A stretch of 64,000 nucleotides of DNA from Octopus sinensis. Taxonomy: Eukaryota. The stretch's first letter is position 1. The number at the start of each line of letters is the position of its first letter. The stretch covers positions 131,502,001-131,566,000 of the forward strand of contig NC_042997.1 of the NCBI RefSeq assembly GCF_006345805.1, read 5' to 3'. This document shows positions 25,010-38,128 of this stretch, one piece after another. Under the pieces are notes generated by a model. It searched no databases, had not been told where the DNA came from, and saw nothing but the letters and a program-made list of their open reading frames with translations. Made by a program: the position numbers and the translations under genes.

Positions 25010-25610
25010 TTTTCTTTTACTTGTTTCAGGACTTATTCTTTGTAAGCCTAGTACTTATTCTATCGGTCTCTTTTGTCGAACCTCTAAGTTACAGGTACGT
25101 AAACACAGTGGCATCGGTTGTCAAGCGATATTGGGAGGGACAACCACACACACAAACATACATATACATACATACATGTACACACACACACATGTATGTA
25201 TATATATATATAATAAACCTTTACATAAAAAAATATGAAATACACGAAGGGACGAACAAAAGGACAAATGGGTCATTCAAAGCCTTCATATATATAGTCA
25301 ATAATAATAAGGGTAAAATTAATTAATTAGTAATTAATAATTTTACCAAGCAGTATTCAGTATGTAAAATGACCATTTACAGTATATATATATATATATA
25401 CTGTTAGACTGATATATATATATATATATATAATGTTATATATATATACGACAGGGTTCTTTCAGTTTCCATCTACCAAATCCACTCATAAGTCTTTGGT
25501 CGGCCCAAGGTTATAGTAGAAGACACTTGTCCAAGGTGCTAAGCAGTGGGATTGAACCCAGAACCATGTAGTTCATAAGCAAGCTACTTACCACACAACT
25601 ACTTCTGTAC
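25010..25610 (-). mobile_element. SINE family A with ~230 bp inserted in its internal microsatellite
   Basis: Tail 25010-25200, head 25445-25610. Confidence 0.85.
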
Positions 25611-25848
25611 ATATATGACGTATAAATTATATATATGCTTATACATGATATCTGAATATTGAACCAAAAACCATGTTCCCAACCTAATGGTTTTAGGTTC
25701 AGTCCCAGTGTGCAGCACCTTGGGCAAGTGTATTCTCGTATAACCTCAGGCTGACCTAAGTCATGTGAGTGAATTTGCTAGTTGAAAGTTTCATGTATCT
25801 ATGTATGTATGATAGTCATTGTGCTTCCCTTGACAGATAGAAGGGGAT

Positions 25849-26148
25849 GCATCATCATCATCATTGTTTAACGTCCGCTTTCCATGCTAGCATGGGTTGG
25901 ACGGTTTAACTGGGGTCTGGGAAGCCAGAAGGCTGCACCAGGCCTAGTCTGATCTGGCAGTGTTTCTACAGCTGGATGCCATTCCTAACGCCAACCACTC
26001 CGAGAGTGTAGTGGGTGCTTTTTACGTGCCAGGCGAGGCTGGCAAATGGCCACGATCGGATGGTGCTTTTTACGTGCCACCGGCACGGAGACCAGACGAA
26101 GCTGGCAAACGGCCACGATCAGATGGTGCTTTTTACATGCCATATATA

Positions 26149-26185
<37 letters not shown>

Positions 26186-26370
26186 ATGTCTATCATCATC
26201 ATCATTTAAGGTCTGTTGTCTGTGCTGGCATGGGTTTGATGGTTTGACCAGGGCTGGTAAACTGGAAGGCTGCACCGGACTCCAGTCTGATTTTGCATGT
26301 TTTCTATGGCTGGATGCCCTTCCTAATGCCAGCTGCTCCAAGATATGTAATGGATGCTTTTCGTACCACC
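25849..26370 (-). mobile_element. Two family D SINEs (25849-26140, 26192-26370)
   Basis: (CAT)n then TTTAACGTCCGC..., GCTGGATGCC.TTCCTAA. Confidence 0.88.
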
Positions 26371-27021
26371 AGCATGGGTACCAGTGTGTGACACCAGTAT
26401 CTGCCACAGATACACACATGCGAATATATTGTGTGCATATGTGTGTGTGTACATTTGTGTCTGTATATAATATATAGACTCTAGCATGTAAGTGAATGAA
26501 GACTTTTATATATTTTTTACATACAGGTTCGATTTCATATATTTTTAAGATATATATATTTATAAATATTCATATATTTTTAATACTAACTTTGCTATTC
26601 TGATGTGAATAATTTTAACTATATTGATTCAAATGTATTAGAAAAATGTTATTATCAAAAGGTGGCTGTCCGCTGTCTTTAAAATGGTACAGTTTAGTGA
26701 TAATCTTGTTCACTTGTCCAGGTATATCTAGTTTCATTGTCTGGGATGGTACACATGGCTACTAATATGTATGACAGGGCAGGAGACTGGCTATGCTAGA
26801 ACCCTTAACTGTGGCAGTCTGTTGAAAAGCTGGGGGGAGGGCTAGTGTATGTGTATGGAGGGGGTTGTTGAATGCAGTGGCAAGGTGAGTGATACAGTGG
26901 TGAGGTACGATGGAGAGAGGGAGATGGGACAAAATCTCAACTGACTTTTGTTGTAAACTGATTGATATTAATGCTATATAGACTTTTGAACTACTACATG
27001 TGCCCCTGTGTGTGTCTTTTA

Positions 27022-27418
27022 TTATTTACTTGTTTCAGTCATTAGATTGTGGCCATGCTGGGGCACTGCCTGGGACAATTTCTTTTCATCAAATGAATTG
27101 GCCCCAGCACTTTATTTTTTTCTTTTTTGTTAAGCCTGGTAATTGTTCTAATGGTCTCTTTTACTGGACCACTAAGTTATAGGGATATAAACACATCAAC
27201 ACCAGTTTGGTTATCAAGCAGTGGTGGGGGACAAACATACACACACACACACACATACTCATATATATACAATGGGCTTCTTTCAGTTTCCATCTGCCAA
27301 ATCCACTCACAAGGCTTTAGTACAAGACACTTGCCCAAAGTACCATGCAGTAGGACTGAACCTGGAACCATGTGGCTGGAAAAGCAAGCTTCATACCACA
27401 CACCCATCCCTGCACCTA
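27022..27418 (-). mobile_element. SINE family A, diverged
   Basis: Reverse-complement family motifs. Confidence 0.85.
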
Positions 27419-28030
27419 TATGTGCGAATGTTCTGTTTTACTCTCATATTTTACATTTCACTTTCTCTCCTTTTCTTCATCTCCATCCTCTTATTCTGCA
27501 TCAATTTCTTGTGTTTATATTCACATTTTTACTCCAGACCGATATTTTTTTATTCTCCAATTCAGTGTTTTGCCAATGTGGACGTGAAAAATTTGGAGAA
27601 AATATTTTTACAGCTGGATGAAATACCAATATATATATAAGTTTTAGAAAGAAAATTGTACTTCTATTTTGGCTTAAAGAAGCCTCTTCACTTCAGACTC
27701 TTTGAGTCACATGACATGTTAATGCTTACACCTACACATGTGTGTGTGTGTGGGGGGGGGCTGAGTGGTTCAGTGTTGAATTCATTACCCTGAGTCCATG
27801 GTCACAACTCCTGGACTTAAGCAAAGTACTTCATCTGATGTTGATTTTCTACTGGGTCAAGAGTGAGAGAGAGAGAGTCAAGAGGGTGTTTATGTCTGGT
27901 CACAACTACATAGACATCTAAAGCTATTAATGAAAGCATCGTACATACTACTCGGCTAAACTAGCTTGCAAGTGATGGCTGTGGTTTTACACACACCAGT
28001 AGTTCACATATCCAAAAAGAGAAGTATGCT

Positions 28031-28430
28031 TTAATCCTTTTGTTACCAACCTGGCTGAAACCGACTCTGACTCTGAATACAAATGTCGAGTTTTCATAAG
28101 TTTTGACTTAAAATCTTTCACCAAACCTTAGTCACAATTTATTTTCGTAACACTAGCTGAATGATAACTAAGTTATTTTACTAAATTCATCATCATCATC
28201 ATCGTTTAACGTCTGCTTTCCATGCTAGCATGGGTTGGACAATTTGACTGAGGTCTGGCGAACCAGATGGCTGCACCAGACTCCAATCTGATCTGGCAGA
28301 GTTTCTACTGCTGGATGCCCTTCCTAATGCCAACCACTCCGAGAATGTAGTAGGTGCTTTGCTTTGTTATATCTAAAGTAATTAAAAGAAACAGAACAAC
28401 TCAAAATAAATACAGTAATGAAAGGGTTAA
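28031..28430. mobile_element. piggyBac-type MITE (TTAA TSD) interrupted by a family D SINE at 28187-28360
   Basis: TTAA-TCCTTT ... AAAGGG-TTAA; with the SINE removed it is the reverse complement of 51253-51460. Confidence 0.85.
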
Positions 28431-28603
28431 AGCCATAATTAAATTCTTTTAGGAAGTTAAAAGTTATGACCGATCATTGGTTTCGTATTTATAAAGTGCT
28501 TAGCAGTATAGGTGACTCATAAAACTTAAATGGCTGAAGGCACATCATTTACTCTCTAGAACTGGGTTACTCTATGATCAGCCATAACTTATAACTTCCT
28601 AAA

Positions 28604-28648
<45 letters not shown>

Positions 28649-28737
28649 TAATAAAAAAAAAAACAAGAAAAAACAACAACACAAGGACATGGTACATACA
28701 AAGTATTAGCAGACGTTCAGGGAAGGAAAGAAAAGTA

Positions 28738-28772
28738 GTTTTACGTTTCAAGCAGAGCTCTTCTTCAGAAAC
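28738..28772 (-). ncRNA. Minimal type-I hammerhead ribozyme motif
   Basis: GTTT-CTGAAGA-A-GAGC tct GCTT-GAAAC-GTA-AAAC: stem I GTTT/AAAC, canonical core, palindromic ACGT stem III, GUA triplet. Confidence 0.75.
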
Positions 28773-29059
28773 AGGAGACGGAGGAAAGTCCAAGAGAAAA
28801 GGAAGCCGGAGGAAAAAAATCACCAACGATCCACATGTAGTTACATTTTGAAAAAAAAAAAAAATAAAGGGAAAGAGAAAGAGGAAAAAGAAGAAGAGTA
28901 GATGTAGAGCAGAAGATAGGTCAAGAGGAAGAATCACGGACAAATTATAATGAGTCACAGTCAAGGTGCAGAAATGGTGCATTCCAAATGACCAAAGTAA
29001 TGCAATCCAATGGTAGAAAGAATTCCATGAATTAGGTACTCCAAAGTCAGTCAACACAA

Positions 29060-29090
<31 letters not shown>

Positions 29091-30553
29091 GGGGTGGAAA
29101 GAAAGAGAGAAGTGATATTTTATAAATTTATGTGTATGTTTAAATTTATAAATGTGTATGTTTAAAGCTATAAAGTATGTAGTTAGTGGGTTGTATAAAT
29201 GAGGTTTTTTTTTCTCAGCATCTTATGTTATCTCTCTTTGCAGTAAAAAAATAAAGAGTCCCTTTATTCAGCCATCAGATAGGAAGGAGTTTAGCCCCTT
29301 AGTTATTGAAATTACTATCTTTATGTGTGAAGGAGAGAATAATTACAGAAATTACTGTAGTGTGTAAGCGTGAATGCATGCTCCAGGCTGAAAAGGATGA
29401 ACCAGAATGATAATGTGTGGTAAAGCCAGTTAGCTTTAATATTCTCTTAGTAAAACAGAAAATTACACGTTTAAGGAAAGATGAGTTTATATTAAGGTTG
29501 TTAATGTTTTCTTCTGCTGCTAATGTTACACAAAAGCATGACAATTCTTTAGTTTGTTCTTGTTATTGAAGAAATAATGGGCATTCTGTTTAACTAGCAG
29601 GAATGGATCAAATTAATATACAGTAGCAATAAAAACAGATGCAAGGTGTGTGTATATATTGACATTTATTTCTCTCTCAATTATCTTAAATCGATCAGAA
29701 TCACTTGGTTCCATGTCTTTTATGACATTCTTATATCCTTCTGCTGATTTAATATCCGTTTCCAACATTGTTTCTTTGTTGCGATATTTTTCTTTGTGTC
29801 TTTGTGTTGTGCGTTAATTCCTCTACTGTAAGACTTCTGTGTAAGGCAGCTAGAAGCAACTGGCTCGTAAATGTCCATGTATTTGTTAGATGTGAATGTT
29901 TCATGATGTATTATTGTGTTGACAGAAGGGGGTCTTGACTTCCATATGAATCTGGTTTTTACTCACAAAATAACTGCCATATCAACCACAAATGACTGGT
30001 TTGTGATTGAAGATGGAATCAATGTCTGTGGCAGGAAGATTTCTTTTTCTATACAGACAGAAATGGGTTGAACCCTTAAAACAGAAAGGTGAAAATTTCT
30101 CACCAAAAGAAATTTAGGATTAGACTTTTCAATAAACTACAAGAGAATTAAGTGCACTTCATAACTTTGTTCTTTTCGATCTTTCACTCATTTTGTCTAA
30201 ACTACTTTCAATAACTACACACAACTTGAACTATGAAGAACATAATTGTTTTTTATTTGAACACACCAGAGCATTGCTATAAGGTTGAGAAGTTTACTTC
30301 CCAGTCATGTGGTTTGGGACACAGTACCATTGTGTGACACATTGGGATGTGTCCTCTATAGCTCCAGATTGCCCAAAGCCTTGTGAATGGATCTGGTCAA
30401 AAGAAACTGAAAGAAACCTCTGTGCATGTGTGTGTGTGTGCGTATGTGTGTATCAATGTATACGTATATTTTGTGTGTGTGTCCATCATTGTCCTGACAT
30501 TGTGTGATCATTGTAAATGAGTTACCTTCATACAAATGATGTCATTCATTTCT

Positions 30554-30780
30554 TATTTCTTTATTGCCCTCAGGGGGCTAAACACAGAGGGGACAAACAA
30601 GGACAGACAAAGGGATTAAGTCGATTACATCAATCCCAGTGCGTAACTGGTACTTAATTTATCGATCCCGAAAGGATGAAAGGCAAAGTCGACCTCAGTG
30701 GAATTTGAACTTAGAACGAAGTGGCAGACGAAATACCACTAAGCATTTCGCCCGCGTGCTAACGATTCTGCCAGTTCGCC
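30554..30780 (-). mobile_element. Family B SINE nested in an old family A variant (~30270-30940)
   Basis: TSD CATTTCT; host element resumes at 30781. Confidence 0.9.
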
Positions 30781-31048
30781 CATTTCTAATGTTTTGTGAA
30801 AGACATGTTTGGCTGCAGCAAAAATATCAGTTTGCTTGGAAACAAATCTGAGTTGGCAACAGGGCAGGCATCTGTCTGTAAAAAAATCTGCCTCACCCAT
30901 GCAAACATAGAAAAGTGTATGTTAAAACAGTGATGTTAAATACAAATATAATTTTTATTTAATTCAGTAGAACTAAAAATATTTGGGAAAGTTGAAACCT
31001 GTCTACAGGTTAATTCAATAACTCCTTAAATACATCCAAAGTCAATTA

Positions 31049-31365
31049 ATCATCATCATCATCATTTAACGTCTGCTTTCCATGCTAGCATGGGTTGGAT
31101 GATTTGACTGAGGACTGGCAAACCAGATGGCTGTGCCAGGCTCCAATCTGATCTGGCAGAGTTTTTACAGCTGGATGCCCTTCCTAACGCCAACCACTCT
31201 GAGAGTGTAGTGGGTGCTTTTATGTGCCACCGGTATGAGGGCCAGTCTGGCAGTACTGGCAACGGCAGCCCTCGAAATAGTGTTTTTTACATGCCACCTG
31301 CACAGGAGTCAGTCCAGCGGCACTGGCAACAACCTCACTCGAATGTTTTGTTCGTGTGCCACCTG
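31049..31365 (-). mobile_element. SINE family D
   Basis: (CAT)n plus family body. Confidence 0.9.
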
Positions 31366-31504
31366 TCATTATTTATTCTTTTCAACTTGTGCAAAGAAAG
31401 TACAAGTAATCTTGTTTAATATTAATTCATTTTGGCAGCATTTTCTAGTTTGGGATTTCTACTTGCCAACAATGACTCCCATGCTCCTTCTAGAGTGATA
31501 CAGA

Positions 31505-31761
31505 CTCACAGGGCCTGCTTCCCAGTTTCTATGGTGAGTATATTTTCCCCTGGATGGGATACTGGTCTGTCACAGGGTCACTCAGTTTTGCCAGCTGAGT
31601 GGGCTGGAGCAGCATGAAATGGAGTGTTTTGCACAAGAACACAATGTGTTGCCAAGTCCAGGAATCAAAACCACAATTAAGAACACAGTGCATAGCCCAG
31701 TCTTGAAATCAAACCACAATCTTAAGTCCAACACCCTAATCACTAAGCCACGTGCCTCCAC
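31505..31761 (-). mobile_element. SINE family C
   Basis: Ends CCTAATCACTAAGCCACGTGCCTCCAC. Confidence 0.8.
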
Positions 31762-31810
31762 AAATGACTGCTATAGAGAATGAAATTAAGACTCCCCCAT
31801 AATTTTCCTT

Positions 31811-32174
31811 GAGAGGCTGTTGGATGGAACTTACACTCGCTTCCTTATGAGAGCTCGAAATCTCTCGTGGAAACAGCATCCAACCAAAGTACAAATATAT
31901 GGGAAATTACCACCTGGATCATCTCTTGTGAAAGGTAGAAGAGTCCAGTTTGCTGGACATTGTTGTAGAGCTGATAACGAGGTAATTTCTACTCTTCTCC
32001 TCTGGAAGCCATCTGCTTGCAATACCAGAGGGCACACACTCTCCTACCCTGATGTAATTCCAGGGATACAGGCATCCAGCAACAGGACCTCTGTAATGCT
32101 ATGATAGACCGTGAAGTCTGGCGTAACATAGTAAATTCCATTGTCTCGACCACGGTTGAATGATGATGATGATG
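31811..32174 (+). mobile_element. 5'-truncated RTE-clade LINE (ORF C-terminus + (GAT)n tail)
   Basis: LDGTYTRFLMRARNLSWKQHPT..IYGKLP..RRVQFAGHCCR..LLLWKP, one frameshift, ..AMIDREVWRNIV; 12-bp TSD ATAATTTTCCTT. Confidence 0.92.
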
Positions 32175-32650
32175 ATAATTTTCCTTCCATAGTTTATAGC
32201 GATACATGCTTGCAAGGTAATAACAACAGCACCAAATCTGCAGCTATGCATGAAATCTTTTAACAAATGTCAAAGCACAAACATTTTATTCCGTGTGTTA
32301 ACGATTCTTTCAGCTCTCCGCCTTATGCTAACACATAAATAATGACAAGATTTTGTTTTATGTTCCAAAATATTGGAATTAATCTTTCTAGTGGTATCTT
32401 GTCTAATTGGTTTGATCTATTAAGCTGTCTCACATTTAACATCTGCTAATTCGTGACTGCTACTTCCTTGCCTCAAGAACCTTCTATAAGATAACATTCT
32501 TTTATATGTTGGTCTTTTCCACTGATATATTGATCTTTCACAAAAATCAGAATTTTGGTACTCTGGTTTCTTTCATATCCCCTTTTCTTTTTATTTTTAG
32601 TTCAGTTTTCTTCTTTTCTCTTGAAATGTCAAATTTATAATATAATGATA

Positions 32651-32681
<31 letters not shown>

Positions 32682-33550
32682 TTGAGATGCTTGCTTTCAT
32701 AAGCCTGATTTATGTGGGAATAAATATGGGGTAATCTAACATGAAAATTGGAAATCAAGTGAAAAATCTTAAAGTTGAATTTAAGTTTTACATATTATTA
32801 GATTTTTAGTTTCAACTCAAATTTCAGTTTCACATTTCCATTCAACTATATACTCTGCTGTCTCCATTTAATTTCAATTTTATCAGCTTCATATTAATAA
32901 ATAAATAGGGTTGGAGGGCAGAGAGAGAGAGAGCCTTAATTCTAAGTTTTCATCGAATCTTTTTGACTTGAATGTGATAACTTCATTTCACTTGTCAGGA
33001 AACAGAATGTTGTTATTATTTTTAAACAATGGACTGATTCTTTTAAAATACAGAGAAGATCCAAGTAGGTTCTCTATATAATAAGGTTATTTGAAACAAA
33101 TTAAGCTAAATATATAAAAGTATATGGAGGTGGGATAAAGGAATGAATTGGTAAATACGAAAGTAGTCACTCTTCATTTCACCAGATAAGCATAAAATAA
33201 TAAAGGAGACCTGTGCTGTCCCACAGACTGCCAGAAATAGCAGCCAAATCTCCTTCAAAATCACAGGATATATTAAATAATGTAATCCCAGACACACTGT
33301 CTGAAATTAAGATGTGATGGTTGTCACTTAAACACCTTTGATCATGGCTCTTTGTTCAATCTTAGGCTGACCTGAGTTAAACAATAAAACTTATTAAACT
33401 ACTTCTTTCATTATCTTAATGATTTCAGTCATGAATAAGTTACAAGTTATATCACACATCGAGGCTCATAATCTTAGTTTAAGGATCCCATTCCCCAAGA
33501 TATGTGCATGCTTTGAGATCCTTCAGTGAAGTCTTCTGGGCGAACTCTCT

Positions 33551-33913
33551 TTACTCTCTTTTAATTGTTTCAGTTACTTGACTGTGGCCATGCTGGAGCA
33601 CCACCTTTAGTCGAGTAAATCGACTCCAGGACTTATTCTTAGTAAGCCTAGTACTTATTCTATCGGTCTCTTGTGTTGAACCACTAAGTTACGGGGATGT
33701 AAACACGAGACACACAAACATATACACATACAAATATATACATATATATACAATGGGCTTCTTTCAGTTTCTCTCTATCAAATCCACTCACAAGGCTTTG
33801 GTCGGCCTGAGGCTATAGTAGAAGGCACTTGCCCAAGGTGCCATGCAGTGGGACTCAACCCAGAACCATGTGGTTCGTAAGCAAGCTACTTACCACAAAA
33901 CCACTCCTACGCC
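33551..33913 (-). mobile_element. SINE family A
   Basis: Head to tail match with a small internal deletion. Confidence 0.92.
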
Positions 33914-34259
33914 GACGAAGTTCATATTTTACTTAAATTTAAATATGATTTTCCTTTTAAATTTCTTAAATTCTCAAAATCTCTGAAAAATGCTTTACAT
34001 TACAGAGAACCTAACCCTTTATTTCAACTGAGGTACTTAAAATGTATTTGAATTGGTGTCATTCATCCATCTTCTCTACACACTATTCCTGGGATAGTTG
34101 GAGGGGTAGAGTCTTCAGGCACCTCCTCCATGGGACCCTGTCAGAAGAAGTAATTGTTGTACTTTCCAACTGGATTTCCAACCATGACAACCACTGAGAC
34201 TAAGGATATTATTCAACCATCTCCTTTTTGGTTTACCTTTAAGTCTCTGACCTGTTGCC

Positions 34260-34886
34260 TTAACCCTTTAGTGTTCAAATTACTCTGGCAAATGTAAAGC
34301 TTATTTATTAATATTATTTCGAATTATAGGTGTAGGAGTGGCTGTGTGGTAAGTAGCTCGCTAACGAACCACATGGTTCCAGGTTCAGTCTCACTGTGTG
34401 ACACCTTGGGCAAGTGTCTTCTACTATAGCCTCAGGCCGACCAAAGCCTTGTGAGTGAATATGGTAGACGGAAACTGAAAGAAGCCCGTCACATATATAT
34501 ATATATGTATGTGTATATGTTTGTGTGCCTGTGTTTGTTCCCCCAACATTGCTTGACAACCAATGCTGGTGTGTTTATGTCCCTGTAACTTAGCAGCTCG
34601 GCAAAAGAGACCAATAGAATAAGTACTAGGCTTACAAAGAATAAGTCCTGGGGTAGATTTGGTCGACTAAAGGTTGTGCTCCAGCATGGCCACAGTCAAA
34701 TGAACGAAACAAGTAAAAGAGAGTAATCATGTATTATCTAATAGATTTGAGATTTTGATGATGTTATTGTCTATATTTAGAATGACATTGTAGGGTAAGT
34801 GTGAGAGACTAGATATGGCCAGATTAAACATAAAACAGGAGGGATATTTGGGCTGGATATGACTGGTTTAAATGCTAAAGGGTTAA
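34260..34886. mobile_element. piggyBac-type MITE interrupted by a family A SINE (34329-34724, +)
   Basis: TTAA-CCCTTTAG ... CTAAAGGG-TTAA. Confidence 0.85.
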
Positions 34887-34999
34887 CTCAAAGAAGGCAT
34901 CTTGTGATGCTTTTATGTGACATTCTAATCACATATCCGTAGTAGCAGAGCTGTGACCCCTCAATGCAAAGAAGCTTAACCTGGAGAAACTCCCTCTAT

Positions 35000-35713
35000 G
35001 CTACTTACCACACAGCCACTCCTACACCTATAATTTGAAATAATATTAATAAATAAGCTTTACATTTGCCAGAGTAATTTGAACACTAAAGGGTTAAGGC
35101 AACAGGTCAGAGACTTAAAGGTAAACCAAAAAGGAGATGGTTGAATAATATCCTTAGTCTCAGTGGTTGTCATGGTTGGAAATCCAGTTGGAAAGTACAA
35201 CAATTACTTCTTCTGACAGGGTCCCATGGAGGAGGTGCCTGAAGACTCTACCCCTCCAACTATCCCAGGAATAGTGTGTAGAGAAGATGGATGAATGACA
35301 CCAATTCAAATACATTTTAAGTACCTCAGTTGAAATAAAGGGTTAGGTTCTCTGTAATGTAAAGCATTTTTCAGAGATTTTGAGAATTTAAGAAATTAAA
35401 AGGAAAATCATATTTAAATTTAAGTAAAATATGAACTTCGTCGGCGTAGGAGTGGTTTTGTGGTAAGTAGCTTCATCACAAGATGCCTTCTTTGAGTTAA
35501 CCCTTTAGCATTTAAACCAGTCATATCCAGCCCAAATATCCCTCCTGTTTTATGTTTAATCTGGCCATATCTAGTCTCTCACACTTACCCTACAATGTCA
35601 TTCTAAATATAGACAATAACATCATCAAAATCTCAAATCTATTAGATAATACATGATTACTCTCTTTTACTTGTTTCGTTCATTTGACTGTGGCCATGCT
35701 GGAGCACAACCTT
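35000..35713 (-). repeat. Composite inverted duplication of 33883-34357 and 34669-34909
   Basis: Near-perfect reverse complements joined at 35473/35474; TGCTAC at both outer junctions. Confidence 0.95.
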
Positions 35714-35749
35714 GCTACAAACATCCTTTTGGAGAATTTCCATTTCGGC

Positions 35750-36101
35750 TACATTCTGAGTTCAAATTCCACCGAGGTCGACATTGCCTTTCATCCTTTC
35801 GGGGTCGATTAAATAAGTACCAGTTATGCACTGGGGTCGATATAATCGACTTAATCCATTTGTCTGTCCTTGCTTGTCCTCTGTGTTTAGCCCCTTGTGG
35901 GTAGTAAAGATATAGGTATTTCGTCTGCTGTTACGTTCTGAGTTCAATTTCCGCCGAGGTCGACTTTGCCTTTCATCTTTTCAGGGTCAATTAGATAAGT
36001 ACCAGTTATGCACTGGGGTCGATATAATCGACTTAATCCGTTTGTCTGTCCTTGTTTGTCCCCTCTATGTGTAGCCCCTTATGGGCAGTAAAGAAATAAG
36101 A
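35750..36101 (+). mobile_element. SINE family B, dimeric, 5' truncated
   Basis: Two tandem bodies. Confidence 0.9.
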
Positions 36102-36184
36102 TACTTGTATTTCATAATGTTACTCTTTTGGTCATTACCCTTTTTTTTTTTTTTTTTAACCAGCCTTTGCTTTTCTGGGGATTG

Positions 36185-36312
36185 CCAGCTCCTGCAATGC
36201 TAGCAACTAATTCTGCCTCCTGCTTCCCATTGCTCATGAATACAGCCCCGAGATACTTAAACATCTCCACATGTTTCAGTAATATTCCACTATTATTTCC
36301 CATCGAAAACAC
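36185..36312 (-). mobile_element. RTE-like LINE RT fragment
   Basis: LKHVEMFKYLGAVFMSNGKQEAELVASIAGA resembles the V..FKYLG...S.G....EI..RI..A RT motif. Confidence 0.75.
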
Positions 36313-36618
36313 ACAACTGAGACGGCTTACTTTACTGTGTTGGATATTATTGTAGATAATATTAATTACTTGGAGTTTTACTTGTCCTGTTATCCTAAGT
36401 AATTGACTAATAACCTGGTACAGGTAAAAATAATACAGTTAAAAATGAAAACATGAATAAAAATAGCAGAGAAAAATAAAATAAGATTTAAGTAAATTGA
36501 GATTAAGGGATTAGCAGGTGCCCTCGAGTATAATTGGCAAAAAAAAATGTGTTGCATGGCAGGTGATAGATCTGTGATTTGGATTATGTCAGAAGCAGGG
36601 TTGGTGCTTGACCAGTCC

Positions 36619-36920
36619 CACAACGTATACCCACTTCTCCCAACTGTGTCATATATACCCTCTTCTTCCAGTTTGGCCCCCTTCTTGCAACTTCTTCAAT
36701 GTTCCCCTTATCCCCCCACCTGCTACATGTACACTCCTTATCTCAACTCTTATGCTGTGCTCCCTTTTCTCTCAGTCCTATAATGTGTGCCCTCTTCTTG
36801 TAACCCTGTAATGTACAGCCTCTTTTCTCAACTCTTACAATGCACACCTTCTCCCAACCCTGCAATGTGTACCCCACCACCATTTTTCCAGCCCTTTATC
36901 ATGTATCCCTTTTGACAATC
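36619..36920. repeat. Decayed ~28-bp minisatellite, about 10 units
   Basis: Recurrent (C/T)AATGT..A.CC.CTT.TC.CAAC.CT. Confidence 0.6.
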
Positions 36921-37272
36921 TTTTCTTCTGTCACCCTCTTTGAACAAATATAAAAATGCAGTTATAATTAAATTGCTCATAAGAAATCTATAGTATTATG
37001 ATCAAGTAAATCACTGCATGAACCTGTTATCAAGCAAAATTGTGTTTCACACCATATGGTGTGACCAGTCATAACACCACGTAACCTGGTCTTTCCTCAT
37101 CGCATTCTAACCCTGTCCTCCATCCTTCTCTGTCCCAGGAATGACCTCTTTTGTTCTCTTTGTTACTGAGATTTTGTGTTTTTAGTTGGAGTAAGAAATT
37201 TCAAGCTGTTCAGAATTTGTGTGGTACTCCTAGATTTTAAGGGCTCTGTGTGATAATTACGTTTGCTTAGTG

Positions 37273-37473
37273 CAGTGCTTTTCAAACTTTTTGCTGGAGC
37301 GGAACCCCGAGGAAACATTCCACTGGCTCGAGGAACCCCTGTGTAATAATTTAATAGTCTTATGCACACATATCTGCACAGGAGAATTAAAAATTACTGC
37401 CGATTTTAGCAGTTTTGTAACTTCTTGCGGAACCCCTAGACTGTACTGGCGGAACACTGGTTGAAAACCACTG
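37273..37473. mobile_element. hAT MITE
   Basis: TIRs CAGTGCTTTTCAA / TTGAAAACCACTG; perfect 8-bp TSD GCTTAGTG; internal GGAACCCC repeats. Confidence 0.93.
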
Positions 37474-37755
37474 GCTTAGTGTATCGTGCCAGCTCTGGTC
37501 AATGGGCTTGCTTCTCTTTTCTCTCTCAAAACGGCTCTTTTAAAAATTAAATTATTTCTCATTACTTCAAGAAAATAACACCATGAAGTCATAAGTGCAG
37601 GCCTGGTTGTGTGGTTAGGATGCTTGCTTTGTAACTTTATGGTTTCAGGTTCAGTCCTTATGTGCAACACAGTGTGCAAGTGTCTTCTGCTATAGCCCTA
37701 GCTGAGCAAAGCCATGTGATTGAATTTGGCAGATGAAAGATGTATGGAAGTTCAA

Positions 37756-38128
37756 GGCGCAGGAGTGGCTGTGTGGTAAGTAGCTTGCTTACCAACCACA
37801 TGGCTCAGGGTTTAGTTCCACTGCGTGGCACCTTGGGCAAGTGTCTTCTACAATAGCCTCGGGCCGACCAAAGCCTTGTAAGTGGATTTGGTAAACAGAA
37901 ACTGAAAGAAGCCTGTCGTATATATGTATATGTGTGTGTTTGTCTCCCCAACATCGCTTGACAATTGATGGTGGTATGTTTACGTCCCTGTAACTTAACA
38001 GTTCGGCAAAAGAGACGGATAGAATAAGTACTAGGCTTACAAAGAATAAGTCCTGGGGTCGATTTGCTCGACTAAAGGCGGTGCTTCAGCATGGCCACAG
38101 TCAAATGACTGAAACCAGTAAAAGAGTA
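37756..38128 (+). mobile_element. Young family A SINE nested in an older family A copy (~37593-38350)
   Basis: Older head at 37593-37750 and tail at 38130-38350 flank an intact copy. Confidence 0.9.

Noticed and set aside
29734-30075. In-frame TGA joining two minus-strand ORFs (selenoprotein or readthrough)
   Set aside because: No Sec-type context, no SECIS seen, no homology; chance is sufficient
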